DNA of 64,000 bases. Origin: Eledone cirrhosa (lineage: Eukaryota). Location: positions 295,926,001-295,990,000 of the forward strand of contig OZ024741.1 in NCBI GenBank assembly GCA_964016885.1. Reading direction: 5' to 3'. The translations under genes were made by a program, and so were the position numbers. This document shows, piece after piece, positions 52,257 to 64,000 of the stretch (its first letter is position 1; every line of letters starts with the position of its first letter). The notes under the pieces were generated by a model, which worked only from the letters and a program-made list of their open reading frames with translations, did no database searches and was not told where the DNA came from.

Positions 52257-52593
52257 AATATTCGGTTTGTTTACAAATAAACACCCTCATTCCAACGGGT
52301 AGCAAGTGAGGAGAATTGACAATGTTGACAAGGAGCAAGACACTGCGAAACAACTGTCGATTCTCGATTGTTTTCTCTCAGCTACCGCTGGAACAAAAGG
52401 ATGACATTGCCATCTACCACGTGGTGATCTATGAGGTTGTTTACTTGTAAAGAAACCAAATATTATCCTTACGGGGTCGAAAAAATAAAGTACCAGTAAT
52501 GCACTGGGATAATTACTGACCTTGTACCAAAAGTAGAAACAATTATTATAATAGTATCATTATTCACTCACGAATACAATTATATATATATAT

Positions 52594-52667
<74 letters not shown>

Positions 52668-53455
52668 ATACATAATCGGAGAAAGCTAATAGCGATACTC
52701 CGGCTAAATTCCAACTCACTCAACAAACATTAGGAAATACCTGAATATATTCCCAATTAAACGTTCGGGGTGCTAACTAATTGTATTGTGTGGAAAATTG
52801 GCTGTATCATTTCATATGAGATATTTCAAATATATCTCTTCCCATTACTATAAGATTTCTACAAGTTGGGTGAAATTATACCAAATTATGTAGAAGCTTG
52901 TATAAGATCAACAGATACTTATTCAAGTGGGCTCTTATAATTCTTCAGTGGGTGCCCAATAACATTAATATTAATAACCAAATCAACATCAATATTTAGC
53001 GATAATCACCATCAGTGCTTGAGGGAGCTGCTAGGTTGTTAGTCCAGCAGTTCTAAAGAAAATCTCACACTGTCTCAAAAATAGGAGGAAGGAGATTACC
53101 GCCAAAAAACAATACATGCGCAGGTCAATGAATTCTGAAAAGAATTCAAGCCACGTGCTAGAACTCAATTGGATATGAAAAAATAACCATATGTGCGCAT
53201 CGCTTGATGACACATAGATATTTTCTCGGGCAAAATAACAGAATCAGATACAAGAACAAACAATCAATATTCATATACAAAAATAAACAAAGAGAGTCAT
53301 ACCTTATATCGGGAAAGTTCATATCTGTTGCTCCAAGAGTAAATAGATAAATACATAATCGGAGAAAGCTAATAGCGATACTCCGGCTAAATTCCAACTC
53401 ACTCAACAAACATTAGGAAATACCTGAGTATATTCCCAATTAAACGTTCGGGGTG

Positions 53456-53458
<3 letters not shown>
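52668..53458. mobile_element. Unclassified non-coding element with ~105-bp terminal direct repeats (partial tandem, pLTR-like) in (TA)n
   Basis: 52668-52775 is nearly identical to 53351-53458. Confidence 0.55.
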
Positions 53459-53532
<74 letters not shown>

Positions 53533-53597
53533 ATTATTATAATAGTATCATTATTCACTCACGAATACAATTATATATATATATATATATATATTAA

Positions 53598-54060
53598 AAT
53601 ATATATATATATATATCTATGAATGTATATATAGTGTATTTTGCAATACACTGTATGCTTAATTAAAAGCATTTCGAAGACCTTACGCTATTGTTTTAGA
53701 GTAGTGACAGTCTTACTTACTTTAATTTTCAGCAAACAGGGAAGATAAAGCTGACAGAGCTCTGTTTCGCACTTTTTGGTGCTTATCAAAGCTAACTACT
53801 CCGCCTGTTTGCTGAAAATCATGAATCTTTGATTCTTATAGAATTCTAGTAATAATCAGGAATTGATTATACAGAGCGGCTGCGGGTCAAGCAGAAGTTG
53901 AAAATTACAATTGGTGCTCTGAAATGGCGATATATATATATGAATGTATATATAGTGTATTTTGCAATACACTGTATGCTTAATTAAAAGCATTTAGAAG
54001 ACCTTACGCTATTGTTTTAGAGTAGTGACAGTCTCACTTACTTTAATGTTCAGCAAACAG
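53598..54060. repeat. Partial tandem (period about 341 bp) of a dispersed repeat also found at 46320-46560
   Basis: GAATGTATATATAGTGTATTTTGCAATACACTG... at 53601 and 53942; diverged copy at 46.3 kb. Confidence 0.7.
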
Positions 54061-54177
54061 AAAAAAAAATCTGGTTCTAATTCTTTGAAACAAAACCATG
54101 CATTTTAAAGGGTTTCTATTTAAATTTAAATCACTTCCTGCATAGTCTTATATAATAACCATATGTTAATTTAATAA

Positions 54178-54388
54178 TTGTTTCTACTTTAGGCACAAGG
54201 CTAGCAATTTGAGGGGATGGGGAAAGGCGATTAAATCTACCCCAGTGCATTACTGGTACTTTATTTTATCGACGCCGTAAGGATGAAAGGCAAAGTTAAC
54301 CTCGGCAGGATTTGAACTCACAACGTAAAGGGCCGTAACTTTTTGCTGCGAAGCATGCTGTCCGACGCTCTACCGATTCTGCCAACCC
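54178..54388 (-). mobile_element. Nin/Deu-domain SINE
   Basis: Reverse complement of the family consensus; further copies at 55943-56160(+), 58178-58345(-), 58962-59118(-) and fragments at 39678-39735, 52465-52545, 63856-63910. Confidence 0.85.
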
Positions 54389-55037
54389 AATTTAATAGTG
54401 AAATAGTTATTTTAGTAAATTTCCAAAAATTCTTCAATATTGGTTAAACATACAGAAAAAGAAAGCAGTATTGGAAAGAACTATATATATACGATAGATA
54501 AGAGGAAAAGGACGGGAAGAGCAAAGTCTACTAGACAAAGGAAGAAAGAAAGGGGAATAGGGAGAGGATGACAGACTCTATACCTAGGTTAGAGCGGTGT
54601 TTCGGCTGCGCCCCGCGGACAATGGCGAACTAATTAGTTGCAATAGAATATTTTATGAGAAATACGGGAAAACCGTCTATTACAGCATTCAAGATATTTC
54701 AAACAACGCCACGAACAAAATATCGGATTGGGAGCACGTTTTTTTTAATGATGCGTAGGTACACACACGCGCCCACACACACTCATGCTCCATACCCGCC
54801 CCCCACACCACCACTACCACCACAACCACACACCCGCCACACATGCCCACACACACACGCCCACACACGCCCACACACGCCCACACATGCCCACGCATAC
54901 CCACACACGCCCACACACTGATACACAAACACACATCTATATAAGTGTGAGTGTGTTTGCATGTATGTATGTATGAATGTATGTATGTATGTGTATGTAT
55001 GTATACATTTATGTATGTATGTATGTACGTATCTAAT

Positions 55038-55085
<48 letters not shown>

Positions 55086-55411
55086 TGTATGTATGGCTGT
55101 ATGTATGTATATCAGCTGGAAAATTGTATTCTGAAGGGCTGATGGAATGTGGCAGGAATTAAGGCAGAGACAAGGGAACATGGGCGAGGAAGAGAGGTAT
55201 GGGGTAGAGAGGAGGAGGGGGCAGTGAAAAGATGAAAGGAAAGGAAAAGCAATACACTATTAACTATAAATAACCCGGATGTATCAATATTTGAAGTAGA
55301 TAACAACAGGACAGACTAGTCCTAATGATGAATGCATCTCTTTATTCTCTTTATATAATCTCTCTCTCTTTCTCTCTCTCTCTATATATATATATGTGTA
55401 TGTGTGTGTGT

Positions 55412-55459
<48 letters not shown>

Positions 55460-55575
55460 CGCTAGATAGATAGATAGATAGATACACACACACACACAAA
55501 CACACACAAACACACACATACATTCATACATGCACACATACATGCAGCCTTTTGTTTGTTTCTTTCTTTTCTCCT

Positions 55576-55612
<37 letters not shown>

Positions 55613-56540
55613 AATTGTTAAAAGATAAAAGACTATTTTGGTAAAAACAATGAAACGCTGTTTATAATGCTTGTCTAAGAGTCCTAATTTAGATAAATCC
55701 ACTTCCTTTGCCTTCCTCATACCACCATCTATTAAATCCAAGGCTGTTTTGTTGTTTTAAAACACTTCTAAGTTTCTTATGACGTGTTTTCCGTCGTTTT
55801 AGATCCATAACTATTACTCTTTTTAAAATCAATGGGAACAACCATGAAAGATTACCGATTTTCTACCACGCCACTCCACTCCCGCCGCTTATTCCAGCCC
55901 CCTCGCTTATCCCACTCCCCCACTATTATTTGGGACCCGATAGGGCGGTGGATTGGCAGTATGGGTAGAGCGTCGGACAACATGCTTTGCGGCATAGAGT
56001 TACGGTTCTTTACGTTCTGAGTTCAAATCCCGCCGAAGTAAACTTTGCCTTTCATCATTACGGGGTCGATAAAGTAAAGCACCAGTAATACACTGAGGTC
56101 GATTTAATCAACTTTCCCCTACCCAAAATTTCTGGCCATGTTCCTAAATCAGAAACCATTATTTGGGACTCGAGAGTACTTATATTCATCATGTCCTTCT
56201 CGTCATACAGTATGATGTGTGACAGGTGGTATGAATAGAAATTCAAATATTGGTGTGTCTGTATTTCTGTGAAATATATCTATTGTAATTCTTATGTTAA
56301 ATACTTTTATATATCTAAAGAAAGTAGTTCTTTTTCACAGGTTTTTGTTGTGAAACTAATGAATGAGTATATGTATGGTGTTTAAAATGTTGTGAAATGT
56401 TTTTAGATTTTTCTTTTGGTTGTTGTTTTTTTTTAGATAATATATTTATTTGTGTGTTAAAATGTTTTCACTTTTTTTTACTAATCATGCTTATGGAAGT
56501 AAATCTAATCCATATACCACCACCAAAAATGAAACTTAAG

Positions 56541-56736
56541 CAGACCTGCCAACCTCTAAAAAATCCAAACGGGGAGTACCTTGAAAAATATTGCCCCAAA
56601 ACAGGGAGAAATGAGGCAAAATGGGGAGATTTTACATAATGAAAGCTATTCCCATTTTCACAAGAGAAGACATCTCTCACCCACCCCAAAGTGGGTGAGA
56701 GATGTCCCCGTCGGACGGGGAGAGTTGACAGGTCTG
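56541..56736 (+). mobile_element. 196-bp MITE with 13-bp TIR and 6-bp TSD (hAT-like)
   Basis: CAGACCTGCCAAC...GTTGACAGGTCTG flanked by CTTAAG at 56535-56540 and 56737-56742. Confidence 0.85.
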
Positions 56737-57218
56737 CTTAAGAGTCAGTCCGCCTCGTGGTCCTAGCCGACAGAATGGAGACGAATTTGCCCTAGTGGAT
56801 GACGAGTTTCCTTTCGGTTTGTTCCAAAAACTAAAGCAGTCATCGAGAAAGTGTTTACTCTTCTCATGAAAGTATTCTTTAAACTTTCGACCAAATGTCG
56901 TTCCTACTTCTTGATGTGATTGTTCTTCTAGGAATCCCACCCCAGGGTTAACATACGAAGGCGATACTTTTGGCCCATAGTCGTTCCTTCTTTTTGTCTA
57001 TATATTTTGCCAGCAAAATTAAACGTGCTTTCTTCTAATATTAAGTATAATGCTTTGATGAAGAAATCTCTTTTAAAATGTTTATCTACTATGTCTGTAT
57101 GTTTTTCTTTTCTTTTCTGCCCAGTACTTAATAGCTCCAAGGCCTAATGGACGTGTTATGTTAATGTAAAGACTTGTTACATCGAAGCTTCTTTAAATAG
57201 TGCCCTGTGCAACAGTTG

Positions 57219-57411
57219 CAAACCTGTTAACTCTCTCCGTCCGACGGGGAGATCTCCCTCCCACTTTGGGGTGGGTGAGAAATGTCTTCTCTTGTGAAAA
57301 TGGGTATAGCTTTCATTATGTAAAATCTTCCCATTTTACCTCATTTCTCCCCGTTTTGGGGATACGTTTTTTCATGGTACTCCCCATTTGGATTTTTAAA
57401 TGGCAGGACCG
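57219..57411 (-). mobile_element. Second copy of the 6-bp-TSD MITE, opposite orientation
   Basis: Reverse complement of 56541-56736; flanked by CAGTTG at 57213-57218 and 57412-57417. Confidence 0.82.
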
Positions 57412-57689
57412 CAGTTGATGGAATGTGTTTAAGAAAATTCGTATCAACACGTGCATAACTGGTGATCTTTGGACATATACGTTCGATAAGCAAATCAGTA
57501 AAGTGACTCAGACAATATGTTGAAGATTGTTCCTGTTACAATTAGTCTCAGTTTCAGATCAGCTACTCTTAGAACTTCTATGTATTGGCTATTTTGTTTA
57601 TTAATAGCTTCCTGTATTTTCGAGCTGTTGTGATTTTTTAGTGGTAATCCATAAAGGCTGCTTTACCTAACTTCGAAGATACATAAGTA

Positions 57690-57856
57690 CCGTATTTCCG
57701 GGCGCCGAAGACGCTTCGTTCTCGAGGACGCACCCTAATTTTGACAACCAAAAATTTTAAAACAAATAATAAACTACCTTCGGCCTCCAGGACGCATGGT
57801 AGATTTTTGAGACTTATTTTAGGAAAAAGTAGCGTCTTCGACGCCGGGAAATACGG
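57690..57856. mobile_element. Tc1/mariner-pogo type MITE
   Basis: 25-bp TIR CCGTATTTCCSGGCGYCGAAGACGC (2 mismatches), TA target duplication on both sides. Confidence 0.85.
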
Positions 57857-59139
57857 TAATAAATTTCTTTATCGGGGAAAGAATCTGAGTATTGTTTGAT
57901 TAATAATTTTATTTTGTTTGAAATTGTTTTGTCCAAATTTTCTGTTTCTTCTCTGTAGTTATTTCCATTCGTGAATTGTTCTAGTATTGTAAACATCCTT
58001 TTCCACGATATCAATTACACCACTTTGTCAGCTTTTAAAATAATTGAATTCTCGTTTTCAATGTCTGTAAGGGCTTCTTTCCCTTTCGGAGTATTTGTTC
58101 GTGTTTATGCGTACTAATGGGGAATGTTGAAATTATGTCAATATAGATAGCTAGAAGCTCATCTCTCTATATATAATTGTTTCTACTTTAGGCACAAGGC
58201 CAGCAATTACCCAGTGCATTACTGGTACTTTATTTTATCGACCCCGTAAGGATGAAAGGCAAAGTCAACCTCGGCGGGATTTGAACTCAGATCGTAAAGG
58301 GACGTAACTATGCTGGAAAGCATGGCGTCCGACCCTCTACCGATATTTCTTACAATTGAGTCATTTTCATTGTTATTGTTGAAAAATTCTCTCGTTGCGG
58401 AAGTGACGATTGAATCATTGAATGTCTGCTTTTCGGTGATATTTGATGTTGATAAGGAGGGGGAGGAGGGTAAATTTGAAACCCTTCAATTATGATTTAA
58501 TTTTTTTTTATTTAGCTTTCTTTTCGATAAATTTATTATTTTGTGGTTAACATTTTCAGTGGGTGCGTTTAGTTTTTATTTCATACGTCAGTTTCTTTCT
58601 TTTCTTCTTTTTTTTTTGTATTGATTGCAATAGGTTCTCCCTAAAAAGGGATTTACTTTATTACATCACCTTCTTTTGTATCTCGGACTTCTGCTGGTTT
58701 TTTTTGGGGGGGAGGGGGGTTGTGAATTCCTGAGTTTCCAGATTATCTGTTTGTGGTGTATTTTGTTCGATCCTTTCTCGTCCTCTTTCATGTGTGTTGA
58801 TCCAAAATGTCCTGTGTTGTTAGTTGTATGACGTCAGTTTCGGAATGTTCCAAGGGGAATCCTTTATTTCTGATGTGTTCTCTGTTTTGTCTCCTTCACC
58901 GTCGTCTTTCTCCCCGTACAGTATTCCACCTTAGAACGAGAATGATTGTGATGATATAATTATTTCTACTTCAGGCACAAGGCCAGCAAATTTGGGAAGG
59001 AAAAGTCGGTTAAATCGAAACCAGTGTATGACTGGTACTTTATTTTATTGACCCCATAAGGATTAAAGGCAAAGCTAACCTCGGCGGGATTTGAACTCAG
59101 AACGTAAAGGGACGTAATATGTTTCTACTGGTTTGAAAT

Positions 59140-59400
59140 CGCATGGCTTAGAGGTTAGAGTGCTGAGCTCACTATCATAAAGTCATGATTTCGATTCCAG
59201 AACCAGGTAGCACATTGTGTCCTTGAGTAAGATATTATTTTTCACGTTGCTCCAGATCACTCATAAAAAGACAATTAGTTGCGATGGCACTGGTGCCAGG
59301 CTGCATCAGCCTTTGCCTTTCTCTTGAACAGCATTGGTGGCACAGGGAGGGAAAACTTACATACATTGATGACTGCTGGTCTTCCACAAAACAACCTATC
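59140..59400 (+). mobile_element. tRNA-derived SINE (second family)
   Basis: GCATGGCTTAGAGGTTAGAGTG...TTCGATTCC...TGTGTCCTTGAGTAAGATA; related to 8820-8945. Confidence 0.6.
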
Positions 59401-60149
59401 CCAGAAGAAATAGTATCGATAGCTTTACGGAGTTATATGGATAAGAGCTGCACAGGATGATGACAATGAATAATATTCTTCTACTGATTACAAACATTGG
59501 GTGGTAGAAGGGCGGGACTTTCACCTGCCGAGACTTTAAGCTAAAAGAACGTTGCGGCCTCACACTAAAAAAGAAATTTCAGGTAAAAAATATTATACAA
59601 GAAGAAAAGGCGTGAAAAGGTAGAGAAAGAGGGAAACCTTATGAGAGAGGGACGATAGGAGGGTATTGGTATAGTTGGAGGGAGGAAAATGGTTGTGGAG
59701 AGGGTGAAAAGAGGGATATTGACACAGGGTGGGGCTATGTATGTGTGACAGCGGGGAAGAGTGAGATGGGATGGTATTGATATAGGTTGGGTTTGTGTGT
59801 TTGACAGCGGGAAAGGTGAGGTAGGAGGGTATTTGTATCGGGTGGGGCTGTGTGTGTGACAGTAGGAAAAGGTGAGGTAGGAGGGTATATGTATCGGGTG
59901 GGGTTGTGTGTGTGACAGTAGGAAAAGGTGAGGTAGGAGGGTATTTGCATCGGGTGGGGATGGTTGTGGTTATGTCGGGGTAGTGTGGGGTGTATAGAAT
60001 ATGGCCAACATCTGTTTCCGGTCATTACGGTCAATGTTGGTTCCAAGGATGTTTTTGAAGCGGAAGTAAGCAACGCTATGAAAGAGCCATAACTCAGCGA
60101 TTTAATGAAAACTAAACCGCTCAACGCCACCCATACACATACATACTTA

Positions 60150-60805
60150 TCACTACCACCAGCATCACTACTAACAGTTCCATCACCTACATAACCACCA
60201 CCACCAGCTACACCACCACCACCACCATCACCATTATACCCCACTACCATCACCTACATAACCACCACCACTAACACCATTACTACAATACAACATAATA
60301 CTACGAAATATCACAACCACTGCCACCTCCATAATTACTACTACCACTACAACCATAGCCACCACATCACATCCTTACTACTACCACTACAACCACCGCC
60401 ACCACCATCATTATTACCACCATTACAACCACCACCACCAAATCACTACTACTATCACTGCAATCACCATCACCACATCATTATTACCACCACTACAAAC
60501 CCCCCCCCACCACCACCACTACTACAACCACTACAACCACCACCACCACCATCATCATCATTGTTATCACTACACCACTAAGAACAACAACCTACACGCG
60601 AACCAGCGCGTGAGGCTTTATATGATTTCCCGACCCGCTAGAAATAGCAGCCAAATCTTTTACAAACCACAGCTTCAAAGCAGACGAGATGGTCATGTTT
60701 GGAACAGCTTTGACCATAATTTAGTTCGATCAAGGTTGACTTGGAGCAAAACTATTATTACATCAACAAAAACATACTTGTACCTCCCACAAAGAAACTC
60801 ATTGT

Positions 60806-60838
<33 letters not shown>

Positions 60839-60921
60839 CTAGTAGCAGCAGCAGCCAAGGTAGTAGTGGTAGTAGCAGTAGTAGTAGTAGTAGTAGTAGT
60901 AGTAGCAGCAGCAGTAGTAGC

Positions 60922-60965
<44 letters not shown>

Positions 60966-61570
60966 CAGTAGTAGTAGCAGTAGCAGTAACAGCAGTAGTA
61001 GCAGTAGTAGTAGTAGTAGCAGTAGTAGCAGTAGTAGTAGCAGTAACAGTAGTAGTAGTAGTAGCAGCAGCAGTAGTAGCGGTAGTAGTAGTAGTAGCAG
61101 TAGTAGCAGTAACAGCAGTAGTAGCAGTAGTAGTAGTAGAAGCAGTAGTAGTAGCAGTAGTAGCAGTAGCAGTAGCAGTAGTAGTAGCAGTAGCAGCAGC
61201 AGCAGCAGCCGCCAAGTAAGTAGTAGTAGTAGTATCACTATCACCACCACTACTGCCACCACTACAATCACCATCCCACCAGCATAACATCAATAACAAT
61301 ATCCTGTGCAGTTCCCTCCCCTTCCTACAGTTCGCCAACATCTTCATGATCATCATCACCGTCATCATAATCCTCATTAGTATCATCATCTCCACCCCCA
61401 CGTCGACCACCACCACTATCATCATCGTCATAATCACCCTCACCACCATCCCCCCCTTCTCATCATCATCATCGCCACCACTATAATATATTCAGTATCG
61501 CCACCACCAGCAGCAACGCCATCATCATTATCACCATCACCACCACCACCACTACCATCATCATCATCAT
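60150..61570. repeat. (CAC/CAT)n and (AGT/AGC)n simple-repeat cluster
   Basis: (AGT)n at 60806-61232 flanked by degenerate CAC/CAT tracts. Confidence 0.9.
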
Positions 61571-61947
61571 CATCAATATGAATGTATAATAGACGCCATT
61601 CCAATTTGAATGCTGATATAGACATACGTCTTCCGGTGTGTATGTACAGGACAGGAAGTAAGGGTTCCAAATAGAATTTCGAGAGATTTCTGGGTAATTA
61701 AGGCTGTCTTTGATGATGATGATGATGATGATTAATGGCAAAGTTCGAGACTGTGTCAACGACCATGATGATGAGGATGATGATGATGGGCATGGTGGTT
61801 ATGATATAGTGGAGAAGGAGGAGGAGGGATATCATGATGATGATGATGATGATGAATGAGAAAATAATGGGCAACATTATGATAATAATGTTGATGGACA
61901 TAAGTCTTAATTTTTTGACAGGGATAATGATAATGTTGACTATTATT

Positions 61948-62775
61948 ATGTGGATGGCAGTATCAGTAGAGGGTCGGACACCATGCTTTGCAGCATAGTT
62001 ACGTCCCTTTATGATCCGAGTTCAAATCCCGCCGAGGTTAACTTTGCCTTTCATCCTTACGGGGTCGATAAAATAAAGTACCAGTGATGCACTGGAATAA
62101 TTGCTGGCCTTGTGCCAAAAGTAGAAACAATTATTATGCTGGTGGTAGATTGACAGAATCCTTAAACAATCGGACAAAATGCTACATGGCATTTTGTAGG
62201 CCTTTACGTTCTGAGTTTAATTCCCGTTAAAGTCAACTTTGCCTTTTATCCTTTCATGGTTGATAAAATAAAGTACCAGCTAAATACTGATGTCGATATA
62301 ATCAACTTTCCCCTCCCTCAAAATTACTAACCTTGTGTCAATATTTGGAAGTATTATGATCCAGGATTGATATAATAAAGTACCAGTTGAATATTGGGTC
62401 GATATAATCAAGTTTCCCCCTCCCTAAAAATGACTAGCCTTCAGCCAATATTAGGAAGTATTATGAGGGCAGTGGATTGAGTGTGGGGCTAAACAGACCA
62501 ACAAAATGTTTCACGGATTTAGTTACAACTCTTGCAGTCTGTTTTTAAATCACGATGAAGTCAACTTTACCTTTCAACCTTCCAGGATCAATAAAATAAA
62601 GTACCAGTAAAGTATTGGAGTCAATAAGTTTCCGAATTCAAATCCCGCCGAGATCAACTGTGCCTATTGTCCTTCTGGTGGCAATAAATAAAGAGTACTA
62701 ATCAAGTGTTTGGGTAGATATAATCGACTTTTTCTCTTCTCAACTGCTGGGCTTGTGCAAATGTTAGATACAATT
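61948..62775 (+). mobile_element. Tandem cluster of four or five Nin/Deu-domain SINE copies of different ages
   Basis: ATAAAATAAAGTACCAG core recurs at about 62070, 62265, 62375, 62592 and 62685. Confidence 0.8.
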
Positions 62776-64000
62776 ATTAACGGTGTGTATATGAATGTGT
62801 GCGTGTTCTTAAAAGGAGGGGGGGGGGCAGAATTGTTATAGTCATACATATACAAAAAAATGTGAAAAGATAATCGAAGAGAGCTCTGGGTGTTGGCTTT
62901 GATGTTAGACATAGCAGCCAAATCACCCTCGATGCCAAATATTGTGTGCATATTATATTTTTAACAAAGTACTTGAAATTTTGAAGTTAGACTATTTGAT
63001 AGCATCTAAGGCACTCCACAACCAAATAGCGAAAGATATATCACCCGGGTGTTATATGCAAAAATCGAGGTATCTAGTGGACTTTTTTTTTTTTTTAATT
63101 CCTTGCCGAAACAGAAAAAGTGATCTTATATGTCCAGGGGTCATATATGCTATCAAATACTGGATCACCAGTTCTATCCTTTGTGGACTCCAGGCTGGGA
63201 ATCGTTGCTCTAGAAGAAACAAAGCAAAAACCAATATTCGGTGGATCGAAACTAATCTCGACTATAGTACTTTCAGAGGAATCCATAACATATTTCTCTT
63301 CTATGTGAGAGAAAACACAGAGGAATAGATGGAGCGATAATTCGAATCTTGGCAACCACGTTGCACAGTGTTTATAGTGAAGACACTTAACTTTCAACAT
63401 GGCTCCAGACCCCCACCCCCCACCCAATTCTTACCAGCTCCTCCGCTCCCAAAATGTCATCCCTTTGCAATTCTCTCCCAATACCACAACTATCACCTTT
63501 TAACTGTTGGTACTGGATTCGATCATTTTATCCAGACCAAACCATTAAAAGACAAAAAGGGCAAGAAGAGACAGTAGGATGTAATTTGCGTGATATTTGT
63601 ATTATTTTTAGCAGATATATGAACTACACAGAGGCATCTTCGTCGTTTCGGTAGCACGTTAATATCTACAAGTTGAAACACTTAAACAAATGTTAATTAA
63701 CAACTTTCATGGAAATATAATGAAGCAAATAACATCGAAGGTAAAAAATAAAAAAAATACCCACCTAATTAGAAAAAAAAATTAAATAGCTGCCTAATTA
63801 AAAGCAAACAAATCAAGATTTGATATTTAGGTAGAACTACCTGACAAAACAACTTAGCCTTTCATCCTTTCGAGGTCGATAAAAAAGTACCAGTCATGTA
63901 CTGGATCGATTATTCCGCTGTATCTCTTTCTCAGTTCCATTCTCTCACTCTTTATCCTTCTCTGGAAGAAATCTGCTGTAAATTTTGTAAACCTGGAGAG

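Larger units (their letters stand above)
56780..58110 (-). pseudogene. Highly degraded Penelope-like RT remnant interrupted by MITEs
   Basis: IILKADKSG (about 58030), FDVTSLYINI (about 57170), FNFAGKIYRQKEGTTMG, FLEE, HFLDDCF. Confidence 0.65.

Noticed and set aside
56541-57411. One large element with 190-bp TIRs
   Set aside because: Each arm has its own TIRs and a different TSD, so these are two independent MITE insertions.
60610-61449. Poly-Ser, poly-Leu and poly-Thr ORFs
   Set aside because: Translations of the (AGT)n microsatellite; the many HTHT, CVCV and YIYI ORFs elsewhere were dismissed for the same reason.

Overview
Repeat-saturated, AT-rich animal genomic DNA with no confidently identifiable host gene. 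The Nin/Deu-type tRNA-SINEs, dense (TA)n/(CA)n/(TATC)n microsatellites and element mix suggest an octopus or other coleoid cephalopod (inference). The window contains: (i) five L1/Tx1-clade non-LTR retrotransposon copies: one near-intact full-length copy at 1.0-6.7 kb, a 5'-truncated copy with a 15-bp TSD right behind it, two deleted tandem copies on the minus strand at 23.8-29.1 kb, and a degenerate full-length relative at 39.8-45.6 kb; (ii) a Naiad-type Penelope-like element (RT + GIY-YIG) with an inverted pLTR, plus further Penelope remnants; (iii) RTE, R4/Dong and Helitron fragments, two MITE families and many SINEs; (iv) a 5.9-kb 68-bp satellite carrying a 2,721-bp higher-order duplication. 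The most interesting signals are three. First, the Tx1 relatives appear to target different microsatellites, (TATC)n versus (ATT)n, and an R4/Dong fragment sits in (CATA)n. Second, both full-length Tx1 families keep a perfect AG|GTAAGT splice donor 35-38 nt upstream of ORF2, and the ORF2 stop codon looks like a splice acceptor, so the whole of ORF2 may be an intron. Third, about ten unrelated type I hammerhead ribozyme families are present, including a tandem 429-bp retrozyme-like unit and two non-canonical cores (U3-A8 'TTGACAA' and A4 'CAGAAGA'). All assignments come from reading the sequence by eye; no database search was run.
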